Source of the DNA: an uncultured Candidatus Saccharibacteria bacterium
GTDB taxonomy: Bacteria; Patescibacteriota; Saccharimonadia; Saccharimonadales; JACDBH01
NCBI GenBank assembly: GCA_965231105.1
Contig: OZ246417.1
Span: 448,908-512,907, forward strand
Reading direction: 5' to 3'
Length of the DNA: 64,000 bases
A program made the position numbers and the translations under genes. The first letter of the stretch is position 1; each line of letters opens with the position of its first letter. Of this stretch, positions 21,086 to 32,625 are shown piece by piece. The notes under the pieces are model-generated. The model searched no databases. It was not told where the DNA came from and saw nothing but the letters and a program-made list of their open reading frames with translations.

Positions 21086-22132
21086 CTAAAGCTCATCTAA
21101 AATTTTTAGATAACTTTCGTAACGCCCACGGGAAATACCTTCGGGCTGACCTACTACCTGTTTAACGGCGCACGATCCTAAAGGCTCATTCTGGTGAAGA
21201 CAGTCGGGATATTTACAGTCGGGGATGTATGGCGCAAATTCGGGGTAGTAGTACTGCAGTTCTGACTTTTCAATATCCCATATCTCAAGAGATCGAATGC
21301 CCGGCGTATCGATGATATATGAGTCCTCTTCCCATACGTGCAGTGAAGATAAGGTAGTGGTGTGTCTCCCCTTGCCAGACTTAGCACTCACTTCACCAGT
21401 TCGATATGTTTCAGTTGGGTTAACCGCATTGATGAGTGAAGTCTTCCCCACGCCACTATGCCCAACAAGCACAGCCGCCTTTCCTCTTAGCATGTCTCTG
21501 AATTCCTCTATACCTTCGTTGGTAACCGTAGAAGTAAGAACTGTTTTGATTCCCAGCCGTTCATATTCTTGAAGCTTTTCAAGCTCATCGGCAGCCGCAA
21601 GATCACTTTTGTTAAGACATACAACTGGAGTTATTCCATTGTGCTGAGTAAGGATGACGTACCTGTCAATAAACTTTGGATGAAAAGGAGGGTTCTGAGC
21701 AGATGAAACTATGACAGCCACATCTACATTGGCAGCTATAACTTGCTCTTCAGCGCCCACAAACGACCGACGTGTTGAATCGCGTCGCATTCTAGAGAGT
21801 ACATTTTTTCTTTCAGTTATTCCTGTTATTGATAAGCTCTCCTCATCCTCCGAGAGCGTAACAATATCCCCCGGCACAAGAGCTTTCGCGAGGCGTTTAG
21901 GTGCCTCCGGGCCAATAGTGCATTCATGTTGCCCTTTTTCGGAGAGTAAGTTCACCTTTTGAGACACTGAACTAATAACAATACCTACTCGTCGAGGGTC
22001 ATTAAATGAATACTCAGTGATGGCATCATTTTCAACTTTGCGAGAAATCTTAAAATGTTTTTCTTTCGCGCGGTTCTTCTTTTCAATTGCCCGCTTACTA
22101 TATCTCGATTCGTTTCCGCGTAAATGCACCAT
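21086..22132 (-). CDS. rsgA: Ribosome small-subunit-dependent GTPase A
   Basis: 348 aa. Circularly permuted GTPase motifs (LNKSDL, GHSGVGKTSLINA, DTPGIRS) and a C-terminal zinc cluster CKYPDCLH..C. Confidence 0.9.
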   Translation of the reverse strand: MVHLRGNESRYSKRAIEKKNRAKEKHFKISRKVENDAITEYSFNDPRRVGIVISSVSQKVNLLSEKGQHECTIGPEAPKRLAKALVPGDIVTLSEDEESLSITGITERKNVLSRMRRDSTRRSFVGAEEQVIAANVDVAVIVSSAQNPPFHPKFIDRYVILTQHNGITPVVCLNKSDLAAADELEKLQEYERLGIKTVLTSTVTNEGIEEFRDMLRGKAAVLVGHSGVGKTSLINAVNPTETYRTGEVSAKSGKGRHTTTLSSLHVWEEDSYIIDTPGIRSLEIWDIEKSELQYYYPEFAPYIPDCKYPDCLHQNEPLGSCAVKQVVGQPEGISRGRYESYLKILDEL

Positions 22133-22155
22133 TCAGGTAAGTACTTCTCTTTTCT

Positions 22156-23214
22156 TTAAATAATTATACCGCCGCCGAGAACCGTTTCACCCTCATATAA
22201 AACCGCTGATTGGCCGGGGGTAAGCGCACGGATTTCTTCCTGAAGTGCTATCCGCACGCTTAAGTCACCGTTTTTTGTAGATACTTCCTGAATTGTTCCA
22301 TGCACCAATGGAGCGCGATGACGAGTGCGTACCTGGATTTTTGTTCCTTCCATAGGAGCTTCGTTTATCCAGTGCGCGTTTGTGAGTGTTATCTCCTTGC
22401 GCCATAGATGTGGATCGCTTAAGTCAGTTGTTACATACACCTCGTTTTTCTTCATGTCCTTACCAATAACGTAATAGGGCATGCCGCCCCCTACATCAAG
22501 ACCATGTCGCTGCCCAATTGTGTAGAAGATAGCACCATCATGGGTACCAATTGCCGCACCATTTTGATCAATAATTTTTCCTGGTTTTTGTGGACCAAGT
22601 TCATGTAAGAGAAAGTCTTTAATACCTACCTTCCCTACAAAACAAATGCCCATACTTTCTTTTTTAGCAGCCGTCACGAGCCCAAACTTTTGAGCCAAGT
22701 CGCGTACTTCGGGCTTCGTATATTCACCTAGTGGAAAGAGTGTTTTTAATAATGCGTCTTCAGTTACACGGTATAAGAAGTACGTTTGGTCCTTGTTATC
22801 GTCTTTTGCTTTTTGCAGTGTGCCCTTTTGAGTGCGCGCATAGTGCCCGGTGGCAATCATGTCAGCGCCATCTTCAAGTGCAGTTTCTAAGAACAGCTTA
22901 AACTTAATTTCTTGATTGCACATAATGTCTGGATTGGGCGTACGACCCGCCTTGTATTCAGCCACCATGTAATCGACAACCTTTTGTCTATACTGCGTTT
23001 CAAAATCATACATTTTAAACGGTATATCAAGCTGTACGGCCACGCGTTTTGCGTCCTGAAAATCTTCTTTCCAGGGGCATGTAAAACCAGGAAGGTCCTG
23101 ACTCCAGTTCTTCATGTATACACCCGTCACATCAAAGCCTTGCTGCTTTAAAAGTGCAGCCGTGACAGACGAATCAACACCTCCCGAGAGGCCTACATAT
23201 ACCTTTTTTGACAT
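22156..23214 (-). CDS. mnmA: tRNA-specific 2-thiouridylase
   Basis: 352 aa. PP-loop VGLSGGVDSSV, the KDQTYFL motif and catalytic Cys residues. Confidence 0.95.
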   Translation of the reverse strand: MSKKVYVGLSGGVDSSVTAALLKQQGFDVTGVYMKNWSQDLPGFTCPWKEDFQDAKRVAVQLDIPFKMYDFETQYRQKVVDYMVAEYKAGRTPNPDIMCNQEIKFKLFLETALEDGADMIATGHYARTQKGTLQKAKDDNKDQTYFLYRVTEDALLKTLFPLGEYTKPEVRDLAQKFGLVTAAKKESMGICFVGKVGIKDFLLHELGPQKPGKIIDQNGAAIGTHDGAIFYTIGQRHGLDVGGGMPYYVIGKDMKKNEVYVTTDLSDPHLWRKEITLTNAHWINEAPMEGTKIQVRTRHRAPLVHGTIQEVSTKNGDLSVRIALQEEIRALTPGQSAVLYEGETVLGGGIII

Positions 23215-23246
23215 ATATTGCTAATTATATCAAAAAGCCAAAAGCA

Positions 23247-24107
23247 CTAATAGTGGATACGGTCTTCCATCTGCTGCTTAAGAGTCTGAAGCTGATGCCG
23301 CCGACCAAGGAAGAAACTAATAAGCAGCATTGGCACCGCAATAAGGAGTGGCCACCAAATGATAATAGTACGTATAATCGCCCCTTCTTCTGCCGCAGTG
23401 TTTTCTTGGCTTAATGGTCCGTTCGCCACTCCAACTACCTGAAGAAATGCGGTTGCACCTGTGGCATCTGAGGCTTTAATGAGTATGTTAAATATGCCGG
23501 GCGCATTATAGACATGCTGAATGTCAAAGGCGCCGGGTATAGCCTGGCTAATAAGCTGGGTTTCTCCATCTCCCCAATCAACACTCACCGCATAGGGTGC
23601 CGTACCACCGCTAATAACGATTGGCCAGGTAAGTGTTTCGCTCGGATTAGCACCACGTTTCGCAAAGTTGCTCGTGAGCGTAACCCGTGAGCCTTGTGCG
23701 CCAAAGCTTGTGTCATTGAAAGTAACAGTAACTTTATTTGAATCAGGTCCCGCTTGGTCTAGCGCATCATACACTCTTGCTATAAGCTCGTTTTGGCCAC
23801 TAAACAGATCCGTTGTGATGGTAAAGCTACCGTCACATTGAGTTGAACCTGCAAATACGCCGTTTTTAAACAGCTTCACCAAAAGGCCATCAGGACAGAT
23901 ACCGGTCACATTAATAGGTAAGGAGGTAAATGTCTGGCCGTTGGTAGGAAATGATATTGTGGCACCAGTCGTAGGCGGAGTAGTGGGTACAGTGCCTTCC
24001 AATCCCACAGATCCTTGCTGAATTGGGTCAGTCGAGGCAGCCTGTGTTACGGGAGCCCATGACAAAAGACTTAACGCCAACAAAAGTCCAAGATATAACT
24101 TTTTCAT
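23247..24107 (-). CDS. Surface protein: signal peptide, Ig-like module, PKD-like domain, C-terminal TM anchor
   Basis: 286 aa. Signal peptide ending VTQA-A; PKD signature VDWGDGE..HVY..PG.F.I.I.A.D; C-terminal helix IIIWWPLLIAVPMLLISFFLGRR. Confidence 0.7.
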   Translation of the reverse strand: MKKLYLGLLLALSLLSWAPVTQAASTDPIQQGSVGLEGTVPTTPPTTGATISFPTNGQTFTSLPINVTGICPDGLLVKLFKNGVFAGSTQCDGSFTITTDLFSGQNELIARVYDALDQAGPDSNKVTVTFNDTSFGAQGSRVTLTSNFAKRGANPSETLTWPIVISGGTAPYAVSVDWGDGETQLISQAIPGAFDIQHVYNAPGIFNILIKASDATGATAFLQVVGVANGPLSQENTAAEEGAIIRTIIIWWPLLIAVPMLLISFFLGRRHQLQTLKQQMEDRIHY

Positions 24108-24159
24108 ATTCTAGCCACCACTATACAAGCGGTTGTCTTAGAAACCAAGTCGCTTATGT

Positions 24160-25173
24160 TTACTTACGACGGCGATGATGCTTACGACTTATGCGACGAT
24201 AGAGCAAGAAGCCAGCAATAGCGAGCGCTATGAAAACAACGAGAATTGTCAGGACAAACCACATTGGGAAGACCCAGAAGGAAGTCTTAAGGGTTAAGAT
24301 ATCTCCGCCCTTACCATAAGAAATGTTTGCAGTTAACGTATAACGACCAAGCTTACTTACATTCTTAATCTCATCCTTAAAGGTACGAGAAGCACCTGGC
24401 AAAATATTGCTACGTGGGTCAGTGTTATTCATTTCGTAGCTATATACTTCTTCACCGCCCTTTGTAACTGTTACGCGACCAAAAGGTTTAGCAAATCCAT
24501 TCCCCGTGTTCTTGAGCGTAACCGCTGCCTGAGTTGGAGGGCTGAAGAAGAAGCTTGAGCCTCTTCCATTGCGTTCTGCCCTAATTTTCTGCGCCTGAAC
24601 TTGTTCGGTAATGTTACCAGGAACTTGGATAAGTACAATGAGTCCTAAACTGGCGTTCAAAGCCACTTGACGTTCAACGGCAGGATCTTTATTTATCTGC
24701 TCGGCGGTATAACGAATGACGCCGTAGTAAGCACCTGAGGTAGCATTTTCGGGTACCTGCACCGCAATAGAGAACTTCTTCGTTTCATCTTTCTTAAGCT
24801 CAATATCCGAAACACCCACAAGAAGATCACGAACACTATTTGGCGATTGCACTTTAGGATCAACAATAATCTTCGGTTCACCCGTTTCATTGTTAGACTC
24901 AAAGTCGTTCACAACTGCACGGGCTAGAATATCAACACCAGAGATGTTCTTGAGCGTTACTTCAAATGCATCTGCCTTGCCAGGATTAACGGTTAGTTCA
25001 TAGCGCGTGGGTGAAATACTTAATCCACTACCACCCGTTGATTCTTGTGCGTGAGTTGTTGGAAAGCCCGCTGCAATGATAAGTGCGCTTAGCCCGATCG
25101 CAGCAAAGAAACGCTTGAAAGACACTCGTACCCTCCTATTTGTATTCATTCGTTTAAGTATACCATGAAGCAT
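24160..25173 (-). CDS. CscA / WxL-interacting-protein-like surface protein (two Ig-like modules plus a C-terminal TM anchor)
   Basis: 337 aa. Layout: signal peptide, module 1 (LSISPTRYELTVNPG..VTLKN..SGAYYGVIRY), module 2 (AAVTLKNTGNG..ILPGASR..GRYTL), a TM helix and a basic tail RRISRKHHRRRK. The architecture match to DUF916/DUF3324 proteins is by eye only. Confidence 0.55.
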   Translation of the reverse strand: MLHGILKRMNTNRRVRVSFKRFFAAIGLSALIIAAGFPTTHAQESTGGSGLSISPTRYELTVNPGKADAFEVTLKNISGVDILARAVVNDFESNNETGEPKIIVDPKVQSPNSVRDLLVGVSDIELKKDETKKFSIAVQVPENATSGAYYGVIRYTAEQINKDPAVERQVALNASLGLIVLIQVPGNITEQVQAQKIRAERNGRGSSFFFSPPTQAAVTLKNTGNGFAKPFGRVTVTKGGEEVYSYEMNNTDPRSNILPGASRTFKDEIKNVSKLGRYTLTANISYGKGGDILTLKTSFWVFPMWFVLTILVVFIALAIAGFLLYRRISRKHHRRRK

Positions 25174-25175
25174 TA

Positions 25176-26225
25176 TCAGAATTGCGCCACTGCCATATAG
25201 GTGATGGTTGTGACATATACGCCCGGCTTTTGATCAAATGCCACATTGGCAACATACGTCGTTGTATAAACATTATAATCAGTGGCTTGGGTCGCTTCGG
25301 CTATTGGTGCGCCTGATTCAAACATGAATAGATCAGGCGTGTTGTAGTCGGCAAGTACCGCACCAGATCCTACGCCTGTAATGTCCTGCCCCATGCTGGG
25401 GTTATTGTTACTGCGAAGATTAATACCAAATCGACTAAACCCCGCCACACTTGGACTAGGAGTCGGAGAGGCCGGAATTGTGTTATTGCCAGACGTTAAG
25501 GTAGTGCCAAGCGAGTAAATAATATAACCAGTTGGATCATTCGTGGCAGCTGCAGACTGAGTGGTAACGGCACTTTCTTGAGATGGAGATAATTGACCAA
25601 AACTTACACTGTCTCCGGAATAATTTGAACAGTTCCCGCTAATCGTTACTGCTACGCAAAACAATAAGAAAGGCGGCACATAGGCAGCCGTACCGAAACT
25701 TCCTGCCGTTGCGAAGACTGCACCACCTTGGTCTGTACGGGGCCCACTTGCGTCATTCGTTGCGTAGGTAGTTATACGAATATAGGTACTGTTATTGGGA
25801 GTTGAAGGATTAACGACATTTGTAAATACATACTCTACCGGTCCCGTAACCGACGCTGCAGGAGCTCTGGTTAGTATAAGATTATTAGCTGTACTAGAGG
25901 CGTGAATGCTAAAACCTATCTCACCCGTTTGCGAGCTTAAAACTGCCCCCGTGAGGTCGAGACCAGGTGGAGCCGTGCATGGAGTAGCAATAAATGGGTC
26001 ATTATCACAATACTGCAACTGGATAGATCCTAGTGTGCCTGGTGTCGTGAGATTAAAGCTAAATGTATGGGTAGTGGTAGCACTCGCAATAGGTGTACCT
26101 ACCGCTATACGGCGCTGTGTTAATACCGCCGCCTTTACCGAACCCAAAGACAATAGAAACGAGACGAGCACTAAAACCATTGGCACGATATAGAGTAATC
26201 TTCGGGGTAGTCGAGGGTTAAGCAT
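25176..26225 (-). CDS. Secreted protein, paralogue family member (two-domain form)
   Basis: 349 aa with a signal peptide ending VKA-A. It shares an N-domain with the 418-aa neighbour (IRITTY, C..P......CT.PPGLD) and a C-domain with both neighbours (FGINL, YNTPDLF, terminal PGVYVTTITYMAVAQF). Confidence 0.6.
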   Translation of the reverse strand: MLNPRLPRRLLYIVPMVLVLVSFLLSLGSVKAAVLTQRRIAVGTPIASATTTHTFSFNLTTPGTLGSIQLQYCDNDPFIATPCTAPPGLDLTGAVLSSQTGEIGFSIHASSTANNLILTRAPAASVTGPVEYVFTNVVNPSTPNNSTYIRITTYATNDASGPRTDQGGAVFATAGSFGTAAYVPPFLLFCVAVTISGNCSNYSGDSVSFGQLSPSQESAVTTQSAAATNDPTGYIIYSLGTTLTSGNNTIPASPTPSPSVAGFSRFGINLRSNNNPSMGQDITGVGSGAVLADYNTPDLFMFESGAPIAEATQATDYNVYTTTYVANVAFDQKPGVYVTTITYMAVAQF

Positions 26226-26249
26226 AAGGGATATTATACCCCGCTTGCT

Positions 26250-27506
26250 TTAGTAGGTAGCGGTTGCAATATAAGTTGAAGTCACGGTGTATGCACCGGT
26301 AGGAGTAGTGATCGCTGGGGTAGCGGCAAATCGCAAAATAATGGCTTCATCGTCAACGACTTTTATGGAAGAGCCCGCTGAGCTGGCAATTTGTTCAGGA
26401 GTTGTAGAACCGTTCCATGCATAACCGTTACTCACACCATAAGTATTTGAGCCCGCGCCAATATATTCGCCTGTAGGTTCAAGATTATTGCTTCCTGATG
26501 CATATACGCAGGTATAGGATGAGGTGCTTCCACAATTAGTGCCAGCGATGGTCATACCGAAAGCTTCAGTACCTGCCGAAAAAGTAGCCTGGTTTGCATC
26601 ACTATTTATACATTGGTCAGTGGTACTTGTACCTGAACAGCTGGCACCCGTAACTTTTAGCGTACCGCTTGAGCTATTTTGCTCAGAGAAATAACTTATT
26701 ACCACACCGTTCTGTGCATTCGTTCTTACCATCGCAATACCATTTGTGTTGCTACCACCGTTTGTCGAAACCGGTGAAACATTTACGGCACTTGAGTCAA
26801 GAACACCGATGTCAACTGTGGTACCCGTAATGGCAGAGCAGTCTGCGCCAGGTGAAGTAGTCGCATCATTTACGGTTGTAGTCCCGACACAGAAGTTCAA
26901 AATTTCTTGAATACGAGCGTTAACCGTAAGCTGATTAACAATCGCTGCAGCAACTACACCGTTGTCTACGGCTGTCGTCCAGCCTGCATCACTATAGGTT
27001 GTTATTCGCACAAAGAAGCTTCCTGTCACTGAAGGGTTAGTTTGGGTACCCCATGAGATCGTCTTAGCACCCACGCTCTCCGAATCAGTGTCAGTTCTGT
27101 CTCCACAGAGGACATTATCTGCAGGCGTACAACTGCCACCTCCGGTACCATCTCGCGCAAAGTTAGTAGCTTCTGTACCTGACCACGTACCTGTAGTTCC
27201 TTGGTCTATATCTAGTCCCGTTGGAGGAGTACATGTCCCCAATGGTGTAGTACAGGCTTCAAATTTAAGTGATTGAATCATTCCAGCCGTAGCCGTAGTA
27301 AAACCATATAAATAAGTTACGCTGGTTGCACTTGCACGTGATGTCGAGATTGTTAATGAACGACTAGTAATTTGAGCAGCAGAAGCCTTGCTAACAAAAA
27401 ACAATGAAGGAGCAATAACACCTGCCACAATAACAGCAACAAGCACTGTTAATTGAACAAGGCGCAACATACGTCGGTCTAACGCTGCTACCCTGATGGA
27501 AGACAT
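26250..27506 (-). CDS. Secreted protein, paralogue family member (two-domain form, Cys-rich insert)
   Basis: 418 aa with a signal/anchor ending ASA-A. Family motifs: VRITTY, CTPPTGLD, FGMTI, and terminal TGAYTVTSTYIATATY. Confidence 0.6.
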   Translation of the reverse strand: MSSIRVAALDRRMLRLVQLTVLVAVIVAGVIAPSLFFVSKASAAQITSRSLTISTSRASATSVTYLYGFTTATAGMIQSLKFEACTTPLGTCTPPTGLDIDQGTTGTWSGTEATNFARDGTGGGSCTPADNVLCGDRTDTDSESVGAKTISWGTQTNPSVTGSFFVRITTYSDAGWTTAVDNGVVAAAIVNQLTVNARIQEILNFCVGTTTVNDATTSPGADCSAITGTTVDIGVLDSSAVNVSPVSTNGGSNTNGIAMVRTNAQNGVVISYFSEQNSSSGTLKVTGASCSGTSTTDQCINSDANQATFSAGTEAFGMTIAGTNCGSTSSYTCVYASGSNNLEPTGEYIGAGSNTYGVSNGYAWNGSTTPEQIASSAGSSIKVVDDEAIILRFAATPAITTPTGAYTVTSTYIATATY

Positions 27507-27594
27507 AGGTTTCTCCTTAATTGTTTTTATTTTTAATGTCTTATGGGTCTATATATACAGTCTTTTTTAATTAAGCACAAGCAGTTATCCACAA

Positions 27595-28335
27595 CTAGTA
27601 CGTCGCTACGACAACTAGGATATGCTCGGTCGTATACTCACCACCCGGACTAATGGGCGAAATGTTAGCAAGATATGAAATAGTGTAGTCCGTGCGGCCA
27701 ATACCCTTTGGTGCCGTTGCAATCGTATCACCGATGTTATAACGGAATTGGTCGGGCGTATCGTAGCCGGTTGCCGCCTCGCCGTATGCAAAAGTGTTAT
27801 CCGGTGCTGGCGCTGGATCGGCTCCAAATGTTGTGGGGCTGGTGTTGGCCACAAGATTAATACCAAATTGCTCGGTACCAGGACTGGAAGCAGCCGTACT
27901 CGTCATGGGGGCAAGAGAAACACTGCCGTTTGTTGGTGGCGGGCTTACCGTCTGCACATAATAGCCACTTGAAGTATAGGCGCGGACATAGAAGGTGCCG
28001 GTACCAGTAGCCGCTGAAGCGGTTGTGAGCGTACCAAGGTTAATGGTTGCAGCATTTACTACCATCTCCAGGTATTCCTCCTGTGCCGTAATAAAGCCAG
28101 CTTGCGCGAGATAGTTTGGGCTAGAAGTATCTCCTACACCTAAAGAGCCTGCCGCACCACGACCCTGATAATTTGGACTATTAAGATCTACTTCGCCACC
28201 TGTTCCAAAGAAATATTCATTAATTGAATAATTGTTGCTTGATGACTGCGCAGAAGCACTACTTGCACCAATAATACACAGTGCTACAAAACTGCATAGA
28301 AGTGACAAAACCTGCAAAAAACGTCGTGAACCCAT
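27595..28335 (-). CDS. Secreted protein, paralogue family member (short form)
   Basis: 246 aa with a signal peptide ending ASA-Q. Family motifs: FGINL, YDTPDQF, and terminal GGEYTTEHILVVVATY. It contains no Trp. Confidence 0.6.
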   Translation of the reverse strand: MGSRRFLQVLSLLCSFVALCIIGASSASAQSSSNNYSINEYFFGTGGEVDLNSPNYQGRGAAGSLGVGDTSSPNYLAQAGFITAQEEYLEMVVNAATINLGTLTTASAATGTGTFYVRAYTSSGYYVQTVSPPPTNGSVSLAPMTSTAASSPGTEQFGINLVANTSPTTFGADPAPAPDNTFAYGEAATGYDTPDQFRYNIGDTIATAPKGIGRTDYTISYLANISPISPGGEYTTEHILVVVATY

Positions 28336-28378
28336 AATTTAGAGCTATTATATAATGCTTACGCCTTTTGAGACGAAT

Positions 28379-29056
28379 TTATATCGCGGTAAAAGAATTG
28401 AGAATATCAATAAGCTGCACTGTTTCCGGTGGTGTTGTTGAGCTTCGATATAAGAAACTATAGTTTGTAACCGTCCCGTTACTGCGCATGAGCTCTAGCG
28501 AAGTACTTCCACCTTTCTCGGCCACAACCACGACAAAGTTCGTGCCATCTACAATACATTGGAATGTAGCTAGGTCCATTGTTACCGTTACCGGTTCTTT
28601 TGCCGTCTTAACATTGGCGGCTTCTGAACAGTGATCAGAGACTTGTCCTGGCACAATATTGTATGTTTCATCTTCAACACGAACCGGTATGACCCTTGTC
28701 GCCGTGAGGTCGGGATCCATATTCACATACACTTTTAACTCATTCTCAACGAGATCGCCTCGATAACTACGGTATACATAGACCTGATCGGTTGTCTCCT
28801 CGCGAATGTTGCGCCAGTTACTGGGAGCAGTAAAGCTGAAATAGTTTGTATCAAATTCACGAATAGGAGATCGAACAACGCTGGTTGAAGGCGCGCCTTC
28901 ATCATTTTGTTCTTCTGTTACCTGGCGAATGGAATCAATCCCTATAATGACTCCGGCAATTACTACAATGCCAAGACAAATAAGTAGAAACTTTTTAAAG
29001 CGCCTGATAAATCGTTTCTGTCTGCTAATGCTAACATCGTAATGATAGCGCGGCAT
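28379..29056 (-). CDS. N-terminally membrane-anchored protein, first gene of the surface-protein cluster
   Basis: 225 aa. A basic N-tail is followed by a TM helix (FLLICLGIVVIAGVIIGI) and an outer domain. An AAGGAG RBS lies 7 nt upstream of the ATG. Confidence 0.55.
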   Translation of the reverse strand: MPRYHYDVSISRQKRFIRRFKKFLLICLGIVVIAGVIIGIDSIRQVTEEQNDEGAPSTSVVRSPIREFDTNYFSFTAPSNWRNIREETTDQVYVYRSYRGDLVENELKVYVNMDPDLTATRVIPVRVEDETYNIVPGQVSDHCSEAANVKTAKEPVTVTMDLATFQCIVDGTNFVVVVAEKGGSTSLELMRSNGTVTNYSFLYRSSTTPPETVQLIDILNSFTAI

Positions 29057-29193
29057 CGTACCACTCCTTGAAACGAACCCCGGATAGGTTCCTTGTACTA
29101 TGCATTGTAACAGAGTATCTATATTCTCCCATGAACCGCTTATGTTTTTACCTTAGGCCGTAGTATTATGAGAGCTGACTAGTATAGATAATC

Positions 29194-30197
29194 ATGGACG
29201 AGCAAAAACAGTTTGTAGACAATAATTCACTCGAGACACCAGAAACTGCACAAGAATCTACTGGTGTTGTCTCTGCGCCCGCACAAGGCAGCAATAGTGG
29301 TGTAGCTGCTCCACCTGATAGCCCCCAACAACCTGAGAATCCTAAGAAATCAGGTGCCGGTAAACTGCGCGCATTGCTTCATCGCATTAATATCTACTCG
29401 CTCCTACTTATTTTTATGGTGATTCTCATTTTAGGTTTTACGTACTACTCGATTCGAATCAACAGACAAAGCGCGGCAGACTCCGCCTTAAATACTCAGG
29501 ACCTTACCCAGGAAGACTTAGAAAGACTCAGTGGTAGTGATGTAAGCGTGGGTGATCCAAAACAAACTCTAAGCATTGAGTCGAATGCAATTTTTGCCGG
29601 TAAGGTACTTGTTCGCAGTGATCTTGATATTGCGGGAGCATTAAAAGTCGGTGGTACCCTTTCGCTTGCCGGCCTTACCGTGGGTGGTACCAGCGCGCTT
29701 GATCAGCTACAAGCTAAAAGTCTAGCTATTGCTGGTGATGGTTCAGTACAAGGTAAATTGAATGTTCAAAATAACCTGACCGTAAATGGTACCGGTAGTT
29801 TTAGTGGGGCATTATCTGCCCCACAATTAACCGTTGATACCTTGCAGCTTAATAGGGACCTTCAGATTAATCGTCATATCGATGCGGGCGGTAGCACACC
29901 AGGCCGAACAAATGGTAGCGCGTTAGGTGCAGGCGGTACCGCATCGGTAAGCGGTAGCGATACGGCGGGCACTGTCACTATTAATACAGGCAACGCCGCT
30001 CCTACCGGCTGTTTTGTTACCGTCACATTTGCTGCAAATTTTAATGCCACTCCCCACGTTGTGATTACACCTGTAGGTTCTGCAGCAGCAGGACTAAACT
30101 TCTATGTAAACCGCACCACTTCTAACTTCAGCATTTGCACCGCAAATGATCCGCCAGATAATACCGCTTCGATTATTTTTGACTATATCGCAGTTGA

Positions 30198-30201
<4 letters not shown>
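29194..30201 (+). CDS. Membrane-anchored protein with beta-helix-like repeats and a lectin-like C-terminal domain
   Basis: 335 aa. Layout: a Pro/Gln-rich N-tail, a TM helix (IYSLLLIFMVILILGF), degenerate repeats of type G.L.V.G.. (AGKVLVRSDLDIAGALKVGGTLSLAGLTVGG...), and a C-terminal module VTVTFAANFNATPHVVITP. Confidence 0.55.
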
Positions 30202-32621
<2,420 letters not shown>

Positions 32622-32625
<4 letters not shown>

